Assembly: GCF_016863655.1 (NCBI RefSeq)
Contig: NZ_BOPH01000050.1
Coordinates: 25,665-57,664 of the forward strand
Length of the DNA: 32,000 nt
DNA from: Virgisporangium ochraceum
GTDB lineage: Bacteria; Actinomycetota; Actinomycetes; Mycobacteriales; Micromonosporaceae
Direction: 5' to 3'
This document shows positions 22,899-30,807 of this stretch, in pieces (within the stretch, counting starts at the first letter, position 1; each line of letters starts with the position of its first letter). The translations under genes and the position numbers were made by a program. The notes below the pieces were generated by a model, which was given only the letters and a program-made list of their open reading frames with translations, did no database searches and was not told the DNA's origin.

Positions 22899-23585
22899 TC
22901 AGAGCTGCGCGTCGAGAACGGGCGCGGTGCCGGCGAGGATGCGGAGCAGGTCGTCGCGGAAGCGGCTGATCGCCGCCGCCATCGCGGCGGCGGCCGCGTC
23001 GGGGTCGCGGGCGCGCAACGCGGTGAGCAGGGTCAGGTGCTCCTCGCGGATGCGGGGCGCACCACCCGGCACGCCGGCCGCGAACGCTGCCGCGATCGCC
23101 CGCTCGCTCTCGTCGAGCAGGCGCTCCACCAGCGCCTCCTGGCGGCTGTTCCCGGCGGCGGCCGCGACCGCCACGTGGATGTCGCGGTTGACCGCGAGGA
23201 AGTCCTCCACAGTGGACCCGCCTTCATCCGACAGCCGGCCGACGCGGGCGACGAGCCCGTCGACGACCCCGGCGTCGAGGACCGTCGCCGCGACGCGGGC
23301 ACCGGCCGGCTCGACCAGCACGCGCAGGTCGTAGATCTCCCGGACGTCGCGCAATGTCAACGGCGCGATCACGTGCCCGCGGCGCGGCTCCGCCAGCACC
23401 AGCCCCTCGGCCCGCAGCCGCGCCAGGGCCGCCCGTACGGCCGCCTTCGACAGCCCGAAGCGGTCGCTCAGGTGGGTCTCCGACACCGGCGCCGACGGCG
23501 GCAGCTCCAGCCGGACGATCGCCCGGCGCAGGCGGAGGTAGGCGGCGTTGCCCGACGACGTTGCCGGTACGGCGACAGTGCTCAC
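22899..23585 (-). CDS. GntR-family transcriptional regulator (FCD subfamily)
   Basis: Within track ORF 22899..23978(-). Translation AYLRLRRAIVRLELPPSAPVSETHLSDRFGLSKAAVRAALARLRAEGLVLAEPRRGHVIAP (wHTH) plus a helical C-terminal half. I prefer GTG 23585 (VSTVAVPATSS...). The ATG at 23606 is followed by AT-rich codons (tca ata caa). Everything upstream of 23606 in the track ORF is antisense to the aminotransferase. Confidence 0.85.
   Translation of the reverse strand: MSTVAVPATSSGNAAYLRLRRAIVRLELPPSAPVSETHLSDRFGLSKAAVRAALARLRAEGLVLAEPRRGHVIAPLTLRDVREIYDLRVLVEPAGARVAATVLDAGVVDGLVARVGRLSDEGGSTVEDFLAVNRDIHVAVAAAAGNSRQEALVERLLDESERAIAAAFAAGVPGGAPRIREEHLTLLTALRARDPDAAAAAMAAAISRFRDDLLRILAGTAPVLDAQL
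23206..23216. repeat. Iterated palindrome copy: TCCACAGTGGA
   Basis: Within the minus-strand GntR gene. Read as tcc act gtg gag (S-T-V-E). Confidence 0.9.
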
Positions 23586-23599
23586 GCCGTCCCATTGTA

Positions 23600-23632
23600 T
23601 TGACATGTCACGGCAGCAATGTTGACATGTCA
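23600..23632. promoter_or_regulatory. Two copies of TTGACATGTCA (10-bp perfect palindrome TGACATGTCA), start-to-start spacing 22 bp; candidate GntR operators overlapping promoter elements
   Basis: Copy 1 is at 23600..23610 and copy 2 at 23622..23632. Each contains a TTGACA hexamer. On the minus strand a TACAAT hexamer (23594..23599) lies 8 nt upstream of the GntR GTG, consistent with a leaderless mRNA. Copy 2 ends 2 nt before the aminotransferase GTG (23635). Confidence 0.55.
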
Positions 23633-23634
23633 GG

Positions 23635-24918
23635 GTGACCACCGACAAGCTGATCCGGTACGGCGGCGAGTTCGCCTCCGAGCTCATCGAACGCGCCGAG
23701 GGCAGTTGGCTGACCACCGAGGGCGGCCGGCGCATCCTCGACTTCACGAGCGGGCAGATGTGCGCGACGCTCGGGCACGGCCACCCCGAGATCCTCAAGG
23801 CGATCGGCGACGCGAGCGGCCGGGTCGTGCACCTGTTCAGCGGCTTCCTGTCGCGTGACGTCACCGAACTGGCCCGCGAGCTGATGGCCACGCTGCCGGA
23901 GCCGTTGGCGCGCGCCATGTTCCTGTCGACCGGCGGCGAGGCGAACGAGGCCGCACTGCGTCTGGCGAAACTGCACACCGGCGGCTACGAGGTGCTGGCG
24001 TTCGCCGGCTCGTGGCACGGGATGACCGCCGGCGCGTCGTCGAGCACGTACAGCGCGGGACGGCGCGGCTACGGTCCCGGCATGCCCGGCGCGATGGCGC
24101 TGCCGGCGCCGAACACCTACCGGTGCCCGATCCGGCACTGCCGCGACACGTGTGACTTCACCTGCCTGGACACCGGGATGGCGCTCGTCGACACGATGTC
24201 GACCGGCGCTCCGGCGGCCGTGATCGCCGAGCCGATCCTCAGCGCCGGCGGCATCGTGCCGCTGCCGCCGGGCTACCTCGCGCGGCTGCGCGAGCACTGC
24301 GACGAGCGCGGCATGGTGATGATTCTCGACGAGGCGCAGACCGGCATCGGCCGCGTCGGCTCGATGTACGCGTTCGAACAGCACGACGTCGTACCCGACA
24401 TCCTCACGCTCAGCAAGACGCTGGGTGGCGGATTACCTTTGTCCGCAACGGTGACCACGAAAGAAATCGAGGAGGACGCCGCCGCGAAGGGCTTCCTCCA
24501 CTTCACCTCGCACGTGAGCGACCCGCTGCCGGCCGCCGTGGGACGGGCCGTGCTCCGCACGGTGCTCGCCGACGACCTTCCCGGACGCGCCCTGAAACTC
24601 GGCGAACGGCTGCGCGCCGGGCTCCTGGAACTGCAGCGCAAGCACGAGCCGATCGGTGACGTCCGCGGGCAGGGACTGCTGCTCGGAGTGGATCTGGTGG
24701 CCGACCGCGACACCCGCGCGGCCGCGCCGGAGTACTCGGTAGCGGTCACCAACCGGGCCCTGGAACTGGGCGTGAACATCAATATCGTCAAGTTCCCCGG
24801 CTTCGGCAGCGTACTGCGGATCGCCCCGCCGCTCACCGCGACCACCGACGAGATCGACCTCGGACTGGAGATGCTCGACAGAGCGCTGACCCTCGCACTG
24901 AGCGACGTTCGCGTTTGA
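23635..24918 (+). CDS. Class-III PLP aminotransferase, 2,2-dialkylglycine decarboxylase (DgdA)-like
   Basis: Track ORF 427 aa. Blocks LIRYGGEFASELIERAEGSWL...ILDFTSGQMCATLGHGHPEI...HLFSGFLSRDV...FLSTGGEANEAALRLAKL...AGSWHGMT...IAEPILSAGGIV...ILDEAQTGIGRVG...PDILTLSKTLGGGLPL...THVSDPLPAAVG...GDVRGQGLLLGV...RIAPPLT. From memory this aligns block for block with Burkholderia DgdA. Confidence 0.85.
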   Translation: MTTDKLIRYGGEFASELIERAEGSWLTTEGGRRILDFTSGQMCATLGHGHPEILKAIGDASGRVVHLFSGFLSRDVTELARELMATLPEPLARAMFLSTGGEANEAALRLAKLHTGGYEVLAFAGSWHGMTAGASSSTYSAGRRGYGPGMPGAMALPAPNTYRCPIRHCRDTCDFTCLDTGMALVDTMSTGAPAAVIAEPILSAGGIVPLPPGYLARLREHCDERGMVMILDEAQTGIGRVGSMYAFEQHDVVPDILTLSKTLGGGLPLSATVTTKEIEEDAAAKGFLHFTSHVSDPLPAAVGRAVLRTVLADDLPGRALKLGERLRAGLLELQRKHEPIGDVRGQGLLLGVDLVADRDTRAAAPEYSVAVTNRALELGVNINIVKFPGFGSVLRIAPPLTATTDEIDLGLEMLDRALTLALSDVRV

Positions 24919-24943
24919 GCAACGGCGAAAACGCCTCTACGGT

Positions 24944-24959
24944 GCTACGGATCCGTAGC
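24944..24959. promoter_or_regulatory. 16-bp perfect palindrome GCTACGGATCCGTAGC between the aminotransferase and glxA (short terminator hairpin or operator)
   Basis: The sequence is self-complementary. An extra direct CTACGG copy precedes it at 24937..24942. It lies 26 nt after the aminotransferase stop and 20 nt before the glxA GTG. Confidence 0.35.
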
Positions 24960-24978
24960 CTCGAAGGGGAAATCGCCT

Positions 24979-26889
24979 GTGAGACACCGGTTCCGTCAGC
25001 ACATCGTGCTCCCGTTGGTCGCGACCGGCGTGCTCGGTTTCGCCAACTTTCCGCCAGCGTTCGACGCCGTCACCGGTTGGCTGCACGAGCGAAAAATCAA
25101 CAGCGCCGACTACAAGCAGGCGCACGGCCACTGGCAGATCGTCGAGCTGCCGCAGCGGCAGCGGATCAACGCGATCCACGCCGCGGTGCTGCCGACCGGC
25201 AGGCTGCTGCTGATCGCCGGGTCCGGCAACAAGCGCGACCAGTTCGAGGCGGGCACGTTCCGCACCGTGGTGTTCGATCCGGAATCCGGTGCCACGACAG
25301 CGGTACCGACACCCACCGACCTGTTCTGCGCCGGGCACGCGTTCCTGCCCGACGGCAAGCTCCTCGTCGCCGGCGGCACGCTGCGGTACGAGGTGCTCCA
25401 GCCCGACGTGACGCGGGCGGGCGGCACGATGGTGGTCCGCAACGAGTCACCCGATCGGGCGGCATCGCTGCGCAAGGGAACGACGTTCATCGCACCCGAC
25501 GGACGCCGCTACCTCACCAACGACGACATCACCGTCGAGCCGGCCCGCAAGACCGGCGAGGGCCTCGCCACGAAGGTCACCGCGAGCGAGACCCGGGTGT
25601 GGGTCGACGCCGCGGGCCTGGGAGCGGGCTTCGTCAACAACGGCCCGGCGCAGTACCGGGTCGACGGTGCCACCGGCGGTGACGTCTACGGGGTCGCCGA
25701 GAAGATCACCATGGACAAGCAGGACTACCAGGGCCGCAAGGAGACCTACGAGTTCAACCCGTACACCGAGCGGTACGAGCGGGTCGCCGACATGCACGAG
25801 AAGCGCTGGTACCCCACGCTCACCGCATTGCCCGACGGCAAGGTGCTCTCGGTGTCGGGGCTCGACGGCGGCGGCCAGGTCGTCAACGGCGCCCAGAACG
25901 AGATCTACGACCCCGCCACCAAGCGGTGGACGCTGCGCCCCGACCTCGACCGGTACTTCGCGACGTACCCGGCGCTGTTCCAGACGGCGGTGCCGGGTCG
26001 GTTGTTCTACTCCGGGTCCAACGCCGGCTTCGGCCCGGAGGACCGCGGCCGCGAACCCGGGTTCTGGAACCTGACCGACAACTCGTTCCGCCCCGTGGGC
26101 GGCCTGCGCGACGCCGACCAGATGGAGACCTCGACGTCGGCCTGGGCCGGACCGGTGCAGAACCAGACCGTGATGGTGGTCGGTGGCGGCGGCATCGGCG
26201 AGTCGGCCCGCTCGACGAAGCGGATCGACCTGATCAACCTGTCGGACCCGGACCCCCGCTACCGCCCCGGCCCGGACCTTCCCGAGGGCACCCGCTACGC
26301 CCACGCGGTGACCCTGCCCGACGACACCACGCTCATCACCAACGGCTCCAACGACTACCGCGGCCGCGGAATGAGCGACAACCACACCGCCCGCCTCTAC
26401 CACCCGGCGACGAACACCCTGTCGGTGGTGGCCGACCCGCGGGTCGGCCGCAACTACCACAGCTCCGCCCTGCTCCTGCCCGACGGCAGGGTGCTGACGA
26501 TCGGCTCCGATCCCCTCTACAGGGACAAGAAGAACTCGATCTCGGGCGAGTTCGAGCAGCGGATCGAGATCTTCACGCCGCCCTACCTGTTCCAGGGTTC
26601 CCGACCGATGATCGAGGACGCCCCCGCCGCGGTGGCGCACGGCGCGACCTTCGAGGCCATGGTGAGCCGTCCGGTGAAGACCGCCCGCCTGATCCGGCCG
26701 GGCTCGGCCACCCACATGCTCAACACCGACCAACGCTCGATCGCGGTGGACGTGGCCCCCACGAGCACCGGCGGCGTCACCCTGACGGTGCCGGCCGAGA
26801 AGGCCCTCGTTCCGCCGGGCCCGTACCTGCTCTTCGTGGTCGACGAGGCGGGCGTCCCCTCGGTGGGCCGCTGGCTACGGGTGCAGTAG
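24979..26889 (+). CDS. glxA: GlxA-like radical copper oxidase (galactose-oxidase-like; Kelch propeller plus C-terminal DUF1929-like domain), N-terminally membrane anchored
   Basis: Track ORF 636 aa, GTG start with GAAGGGGA upstream. N-terminal TM segment HIVLPLVATGVLGFANF. Motifs: LLLIAGSGN, DLFCAGHAFLPDGKLLVAGG (Cys of the Cys-Tyr cofactor context), RWYPTLTALPDGKVLSVSGLD, YHSSALLLPDGRVLTIGSDP, and a C-terminal Ig-like end PPGPYLLFVVDEAGVPSVGRWLRV. Confidence 0.8.
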   Translation: MRHRFRQHIVLPLVATGVLGFANFPPAFDAVTGWLHERKINSADYKQAHGHWQIVELPQRQRINAIHAAVLPTGRLLLIAGSGNKRDQFEAGTFRTVVFDPESGATTAVPTPTDLFCAGHAFLPDGKLLVAGGTLRYEVLQPDVTRAGGTMVVRNESPDRAASLRKGTTFIAPDGRRYLTNDDITVEPARKTGEGLATKVTASETRVWVDAAGLGAGFVNNGPAQYRVDGATGGDVYGVAEKITMDKQDYQGRKETYEFNPYTERYERVADMHEKRWYPTLTALPDGKVLSVSGLDGGGQVVNGAQNEIYDPATKRWTLRPDLDRYFATYPALFQTAVPGRLFYSGSNAGFGPEDRGREPGFWNLTDNSFRPVGGLRDADQMETSTSAWAGPVQNQTVMVVGGGGIGESARSTKRIDLINLSDPDPRYRPGPDLPEGTRYAHAVTLPDDTTLITNGSNDYRGRGMSDNHTARLYHPATNTLSVVADPRVGRNYHSSALLLPDGRVLTIGSDPLYRDKKNSISGEFEQRIEIFTPPYLFQGSRPMIEDAPAAVAHGATFEAMVSRPVKTARLIRPGSATHMLNTDQRSIAVDVAPTSTGGVTLTVPAEKALVPPGPYLLFVVDEAGVPSVGRWLRVQ

Positions 26890-26896
26890 AACCGCG

Positions 26897-26926
26897 GTGG
26901 GACAGGGCCGGTCGGCCCTGTCCCAC
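26897..26926. terminator. 13-bp stem / 4-nt loop hairpin between convergent glxA and GH6 genes
   Basis: GTGGGACAGGGCC (26897..26909), loop GGTC, GGCCCTGTCCCAC (26914..26926). The arms are perfectly complementary. Confidence 0.6.
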
Positions 26927-26933
26927 GCCGGCA

Positions 26934-28010
26934 TCAGGACCTACGGGCCAGATCCAGCGCGTACTCCGGCCACCACGCACCGGCGCCGGGCTCCCCGGAA
27001 CGGCAGGCACCGTCCGACTCGCCGGGTCGTTTGATCCAGAGCAGTGCCGCCGCCCGCGGGTGCCCGGTGTCCACAGTGGGCGGTTGGCCGAGCTTGCGCC
27101 CCGGCGGGTTGCACCAGCTCGGCCCGCCGTTCACCTCGGCACCCGGAGCCGGGCCCGCGCCGTTGCGGCTCGTGTCGACGACGAACCGCTTCCCACCCAT
27201 CGCCGACGACAGGCGGTCGCCGTAGGCGAGGTTGTCCGCGGTCGGGATGAAGTTGGAGACGTTCAGGGAGAAGCCGTCGGCCGCGTCGCCACCGGCGCGA
27301 CGCAGCGCGCCGGCGAGCCTGCCCACGTCGGCGACCCACGCGGGATGGCCGGCGTCGAGGTAGACCAGGGCGTTCGGGGACGACTTCAGCGTGGTGACCG
27401 CGTCGCGCAGCAGCGCGTAGCGCTCGTCGGCCAGGTCTCCGCAGCCGTCGACGGTGTGCGGCACGGCGTCGGGCTCCACGACGACGACCGCGGGTCGGCC
27501 CTTCAGACCGGCCGCCACGGTGCGGATCCACGCCTTGTACGCCGCGGGTGACGCCGCTCCGCCGGCGCTGTAGCTGCCGCAGTCCCGGCCGGGGATGTTG
27601 TACGCGACGAGCACCGGCACCTGCCCGGCTGCCGCCGCGCGCGTCATGAGCGCGTCGACCTCCCGGGTCGCGTTGGTACCGGCGGTCAGCCAGTGGGCCA
27701 CCGCCCGGTCACCGATCTTGCGGATCTGCTGGGCGTCGGTGGCGCGGCTCTCGGCGATCCACCGCGCGGCCTGCTGGGTGGCCGGGTTCGCCGGGTCGAC
27801 GTAGAACTTCTTTCCCGCCAACGGGTTCGGTGGAAGGGGTGGCGGCGGCGACGGCAGCCCTTCCTGCTGTGCGTTGCCGCCCACACCACCCGGCAGCGCC
27901 GGTGCTCCGGTGCCGGTGACGGACGGCGGCTCGTCGGATTCGCATCCGGCCAACCCGGGAACCGACAACGCAAGGGCCGCAACGGTCGCAAGCCGAAGAA
28001 ATCTCGTCAT
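26934..28010 (-). CDS. cslZ: Glycoside hydrolase family 6 endoglucanase-like lipoprotein (CslZ-like)
   Basis: ATG at 28010 within track ORF 26934..28082(-). MTRFLRLATVAALALSVPGLAGC is a lipoprotein signal with lipobox LAGC. GH6 motifs: YNIPGRDCGSYSAGG, VVVEPDAV, YLDAGHPAW, WIKRPGESDG. Confidence 0.85.
   Translation of the reverse strand: MTRFLRLATVAALALSVPGLAGCESDEPPSVTGTGAPALPGGVGGNAQQEGLPSPPPPLPPNPLAGKKFYVDPANPATQQAARWIAESRATDAQQIRKIGDRAVAHWLTAGTNATREVDALMTRAAAAGQVPVLVAYNIPGRDCGSYSAGGAASPAAYKAWIRTVAAGLKGRPAVVVVEPDAVPHTVDGCGDLADERYALLRDAVTTLKSSPNALVYLDAGHPAWVADVGRLAGALRRAGGDAADGFSLNVSNFIPTADNLAYGDRLSSAMGGKRFVVDTSRNGAGPAPGAEVNGGPSWCNPPGRKLGQPPTVDTGHPRAAALLWIKRPGESDGACRSGEPGAGAWWPEYALDLARRS
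27071..27079. repeat. Iterated palindrome copy: CCACAGTGG (context GTCCACAGTGGG)
   Basis: Within the minus-strand GH6 gene. Read as ccc act gtg gac (P-T-V-D). Confidence 0.9.
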
Positions 28011-28051
28011 GAATCCATTCCGGTTCTCGACAAGCGGAAACCATAACCCAG

Positions 28052-28067
28052 CCACCCGAACGGGTGG
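28052..28067. promoter_or_regulatory. 16-bp palindrome CCACCCG-AA-CGGGTGG in the cslZ/cslA divergent promoter region
   Basis: Perfect 7-bp arms with a 2-bp spacer. It lies in the comparatively AT-rich 143-bp gap between the starts at 28010(-) and 28154(+). Confidence 0.4.
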
Positions 28068-28153
28068 ACTAAATCTGCGCATACATCACCTACCGGTGCG
28101 AACAGCCCCGACGCGAGTTAGCTTCACCGGGACCCGGAAATACCGTCCGCGCA

Positions 28154-30166
28154 GTGGAACCGAACATCCCTGTCTACGGCCGATCGTGGGCAAGGCTGGA
28201 GACATACAGCAAGCTCGCCGGTCCACTGCAGACGCCGGACGCCGACTATCGGGTCAGCTACCGGAACATGCGTGGCCGGCGGTACCTCGGTGCGGCGTTC
28301 ATCGCGGTGGCGAACGTGTGCGTCGAGATCGTGTTCTTCGCGTGGCTGCTGCAACCGGAGCACTTCGCCGACACCAACCCCGGTCCGGTCGAGAAGGTGG
28401 CGTTCGTCGCCAACATCTTCGTGATCGTGTCGATCGCGGTCGTCGAGGTGCTGCGGCTGCTCAACGTCGTGTCGTTGTCGTTGGCGTCGATCACCGCACG
28501 GGACCCGGTGCCGGTGACGCCCGACCCGACGGTCAGGGTCGCGTTCCTCACGACCATCGTTCCCAGCAAGGAACCGGTCGACGTCGTGCGTGAGACCCTC
28601 CGCGCCGCCAAGCGGATCCGCCACCGTGGTGTGTTCGACATCTGGCTCCTCGACGAGGGCGACGACGACGCGGTCAAGGCCATGTGCGACGAGCTGTCGA
28701 TCCGGCACTTCACCCGCAAGGGCGTGGAGAAGTACAACACCGCGAAGGGACCGTTCCGCGCGAAGACCAAGCACGGCAACTACAACGCCTGGGTCGACAC
28801 GCACGGCGCGGACTACGACGTGTTTCTCTCGGTCGACCCCGACCACGTGCCGTTGGCCAACTTCGCCGAACGGATCCTCGGCTACTTCCGCGACCCCGAC
28901 GTGGCGTACGCCGTCGGACCGCAGTGCTACAAGAACGGCGAGGCGTTCGTGACCCGCGCCGCCGAGTCGCAGCAGTTCCCGTTCCACAGCGTGATCCAGC
29001 GGGCCGCGAACCGGTACGGCGCGCCGATGCTCGTCGGCACCAACAACGCTGTCCGCATCGACGCGCTGCGGACCATCGGCGGGCTCGCCGACTCCATCAC
29101 CGAGGACATGGCCACCGGGTTGGCGTTCCACACGAAGCGCAACCCGGCCACCGGCAACAGGTGGAAGTCGGTGTACACCCCCGACGTGCTGTCCGCCGGT
29201 GAGGGACCGTCGAGCTGGAGCGACTACTTCAGCCAGCAGCGACGGTGGGCGCGGGGCACATTCGAGATCCTGCTGACCACGTACTGGCGGAAGTTCTTCA
29301 AGCTGTCGCCGGGCGGCATGCTGCACTACACGCTCATCACGACGTTCTACCCGTCGATGGCCATCGGCTGGATCCTCGGCATCGTCAACGCCGTGCTGTT
29401 CCTGGCGCTGGGCGTGAGCGGCATGACGATCAGCCCGCAGGTCTGGTTCGCGCTGTACACCGACGCCACCGCGTTCTCGCTGTGGCTCTACATCGACAAC
29501 CGGCGGTACAACGTGAGCCCGTACGAGCCGCCGGGGTCACGCGGGCTCAAGGGCATGCTGATGTCGGTGCTCGCCGCGCCGCTCTACGCCGTGCAGCTGC
29601 TCAGCACGCTCGGCCGGCGGCCGGCGAAGTTCGTGGTGACGCCGAAGGGGTCGAGCAGCAGCAGCGACGGCCTCCGCACGTTCCGCAACCCGATCGGGTG
29701 GGCGGTGCTGCTCGTCGGCGCCATCGTGGTGTCGTTCGTGCGCGGGTACGCGAGCCCGGCGGCGCTGCTGTGGCCGGTGACCGGTCTCCTCATCTGCCTG
29801 CTGCCACTGGTGCTCTGGCGCATGGAGGCGGTCCTCAACCGCGCGGAGGCGGCCGAGGCGTTCGTGCCGCGTCAGGCCGGGACGCCGGAGCACGCCGGCG
29901 ACATCACGATGGAGATGCCGAAGGCGCTGCTGCGCGAGCACCTGGCGGCCCGCGTCGGCGGCAACCCGCACGACGACGTCGGCGCGACGCTGATCATGCC
30001 GCGCGTCGACCTGCCGGCGCAGCGGTCCGGAAACGGGGCGACCGTGCGGGGACGCAGCGCCGTCTCGCCGGCGAACCGCGTGCCGGCGCAGGGACGCGGC
30101 CCCGACGGGTCGGGGGACGGTGTGCCCGCGCAGGACCGGAGCCCCGTCGACTCGGGGAACACGTGA
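28154..30166 (+). CDS. cslA: Cellulose-synthase-like family 2 glycosyltransferase (CslA-like), polytopic membrane protein with a disordered C-terminal tail
   Basis: Track ORF 670 aa, GTG start. GT2 processive-synthase motifs: FLTTIVPSKEP, WLLDEGDD, SVDPDH, SITEDMATG, FSQQRRWARGTFE (QxxRW). TM helices flank the catalytic domain. Confidence 0.9.
   Translation: MEPNIPVYGRSWARLETYSKLAGPLQTPDADYRVSYRNMRGRRYLGAAFIAVANVCVEIVFFAWLLQPEHFADTNPGPVEKVAFVANIFVIVSIAVVEVLRLLNVVSLSLASITARDPVPVTPDPTVRVAFLTTIVPSKEPVDVVRETLRAAKRIRHRGVFDIWLLDEGDDDAVKAMCDELSIRHFTRKGVEKYNTAKGPFRAKTKHGNYNAWVDTHGADYDVFLSVDPDHVPLANFAERILGYFRDPDVAYAVGPQCYKNGEAFVTRAAESQQFPFHSVIQRAANRYGAPMLVGTNNAVRIDALRTIGGLADSITEDMATGLAFHTKRNPATGNRWKSVYTPDVLSAGEGPSSWSDYFSQQRRWARGTFEILLTTYWRKFFKLSPGGMLHYTLITTFYPSMAIGWILGIVNAVLFLALGVSGMTISPQVWFALYTDATAFSLWLYIDNRRYNVSPYEPPGSRGLKGMLMSVLAAPLYAVQLLSTLGRRPAKFVVTPKGSSSSSDGLRTFRNPIGWAVLLVGAIVVSFVRGYASPAALLWPVTGLLICLLPLVLWRMEAVLNRAEAAEAFVPRQAGTPEHAGDITMEMPKALLREHLAARVGGNPHDDVGATLIMPRVDLPAQRSGNGATVRGRSAVSPANRVPAQGRGPDGSGDGVPAQDRSPVDSGNT
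30080..30163 (+). repeat. Imperfect 42-bp tandem repeat encoding the last 28 aa of CslA
   Basis: Unit 30080..30121 encodes VPAQGRGPDGSGDG and unit 30122..30163 encodes VPAQDRSPVDSGNT. DNA identity is roughly 70% by eye. Confidence 0.6.
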
Positions 30167-30199
30167 TCGCGGGGGGCTCCCCTGTGGAGCCCCCCGCGA
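30167..30199. terminator. 14-bp perfect stem / 5-nt loop GC-rich hairpin immediately after the cslA stop
   Basis: TCGCGGGGGGCTCC (30167..30180), loop CCTGT, GGAGCCCCCCGCGA (30186..30199). It begins 1 nt after TGA 30164..30166. Confidence 0.7.
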
Positions 30200-30807
30200 C
30201 CGGTTACCTGTGCCGACCTGTACGTCCAGCGGGGCCAGCCGTCGTGCCAGGAGGGCCGGACCGGCGACGCCGCTTCCGCGGTGCGCTCCTGGTCCGGCGG
30301 CGCGACGCTGACGGCGCCAGCCAGATCGGATGTGGCTGCCTCACCGGTGACGCCGCGGTTCCCCGTCGTCGTCGGCACACCCGCGGTGGCCGTCGGGAAC
30401 CAATGTCGTGCGGCGTGTGCCGGCGTGACCCCCACTCTGTCGACGCCCCGTCAGCTCCACCGTCCGGTGTGGACATCGGTGCGGTGGCCGGGTGTGCGTC
30501 GGTGGTCACGGGCGGCGTGGTCGCCGGTGGGCGTGGGCTGCGCCGGTGCGGTCTTCACGCGTCGGGCGCCGCCTCGGTGTGGATCCTCCATTCGTGTTCC
30601 CGGTCATACTGCCGGCCGGGTCGGCGGGTGAGGTGCGTCAGGTGTTTCCGGGCTCGGTACGTCCAGGCGGTCCGCGCTCTCGCGCGGCGCGCCGGCTCGG
30701 ACGGGCCCTGCGGCCGGTCCTCGCACTTCCGTTGCGCGCCATGTACCGAGTGTCCTTGCGATGGGACGCTCAGTACAAGGGGTGGCAACCGACCTGCACC
30801 CGGGGAG

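Noticed and set aside
23586-23978. N-terminal extension of the GntR ORF in the track (start at 23978)
   Set aside because: The extension is antisense to the well-supported aminotransferase gene. It also crosses the AT-rich operator region, where codon usage collapses. The GntR wHTH begins just downstream of GTG 23585.
5415-24958. Recurrence of the CCGTAG/CTACGG hexamer in two different regulatory gaps (5415, 5436, 24937, 24945, 24953)
   Set aside because: By composition a hexamer of this kind is expected about 20 times in the window on both strands. The recurrence is not evidence for a shared regulator.
30281-30631. 116-aa ORF with Cys residues downstream of cslA, considered as a small secreted peptide or RiPP precursor
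   Set aside because: GC3 is only about 76% by my count. The second half is Arg/Trp-rich, like an out-of-frame translation. There is no RBS or leader-like features and no tailoring genes nearby. It is kept only as part of the unassigned-region finding.
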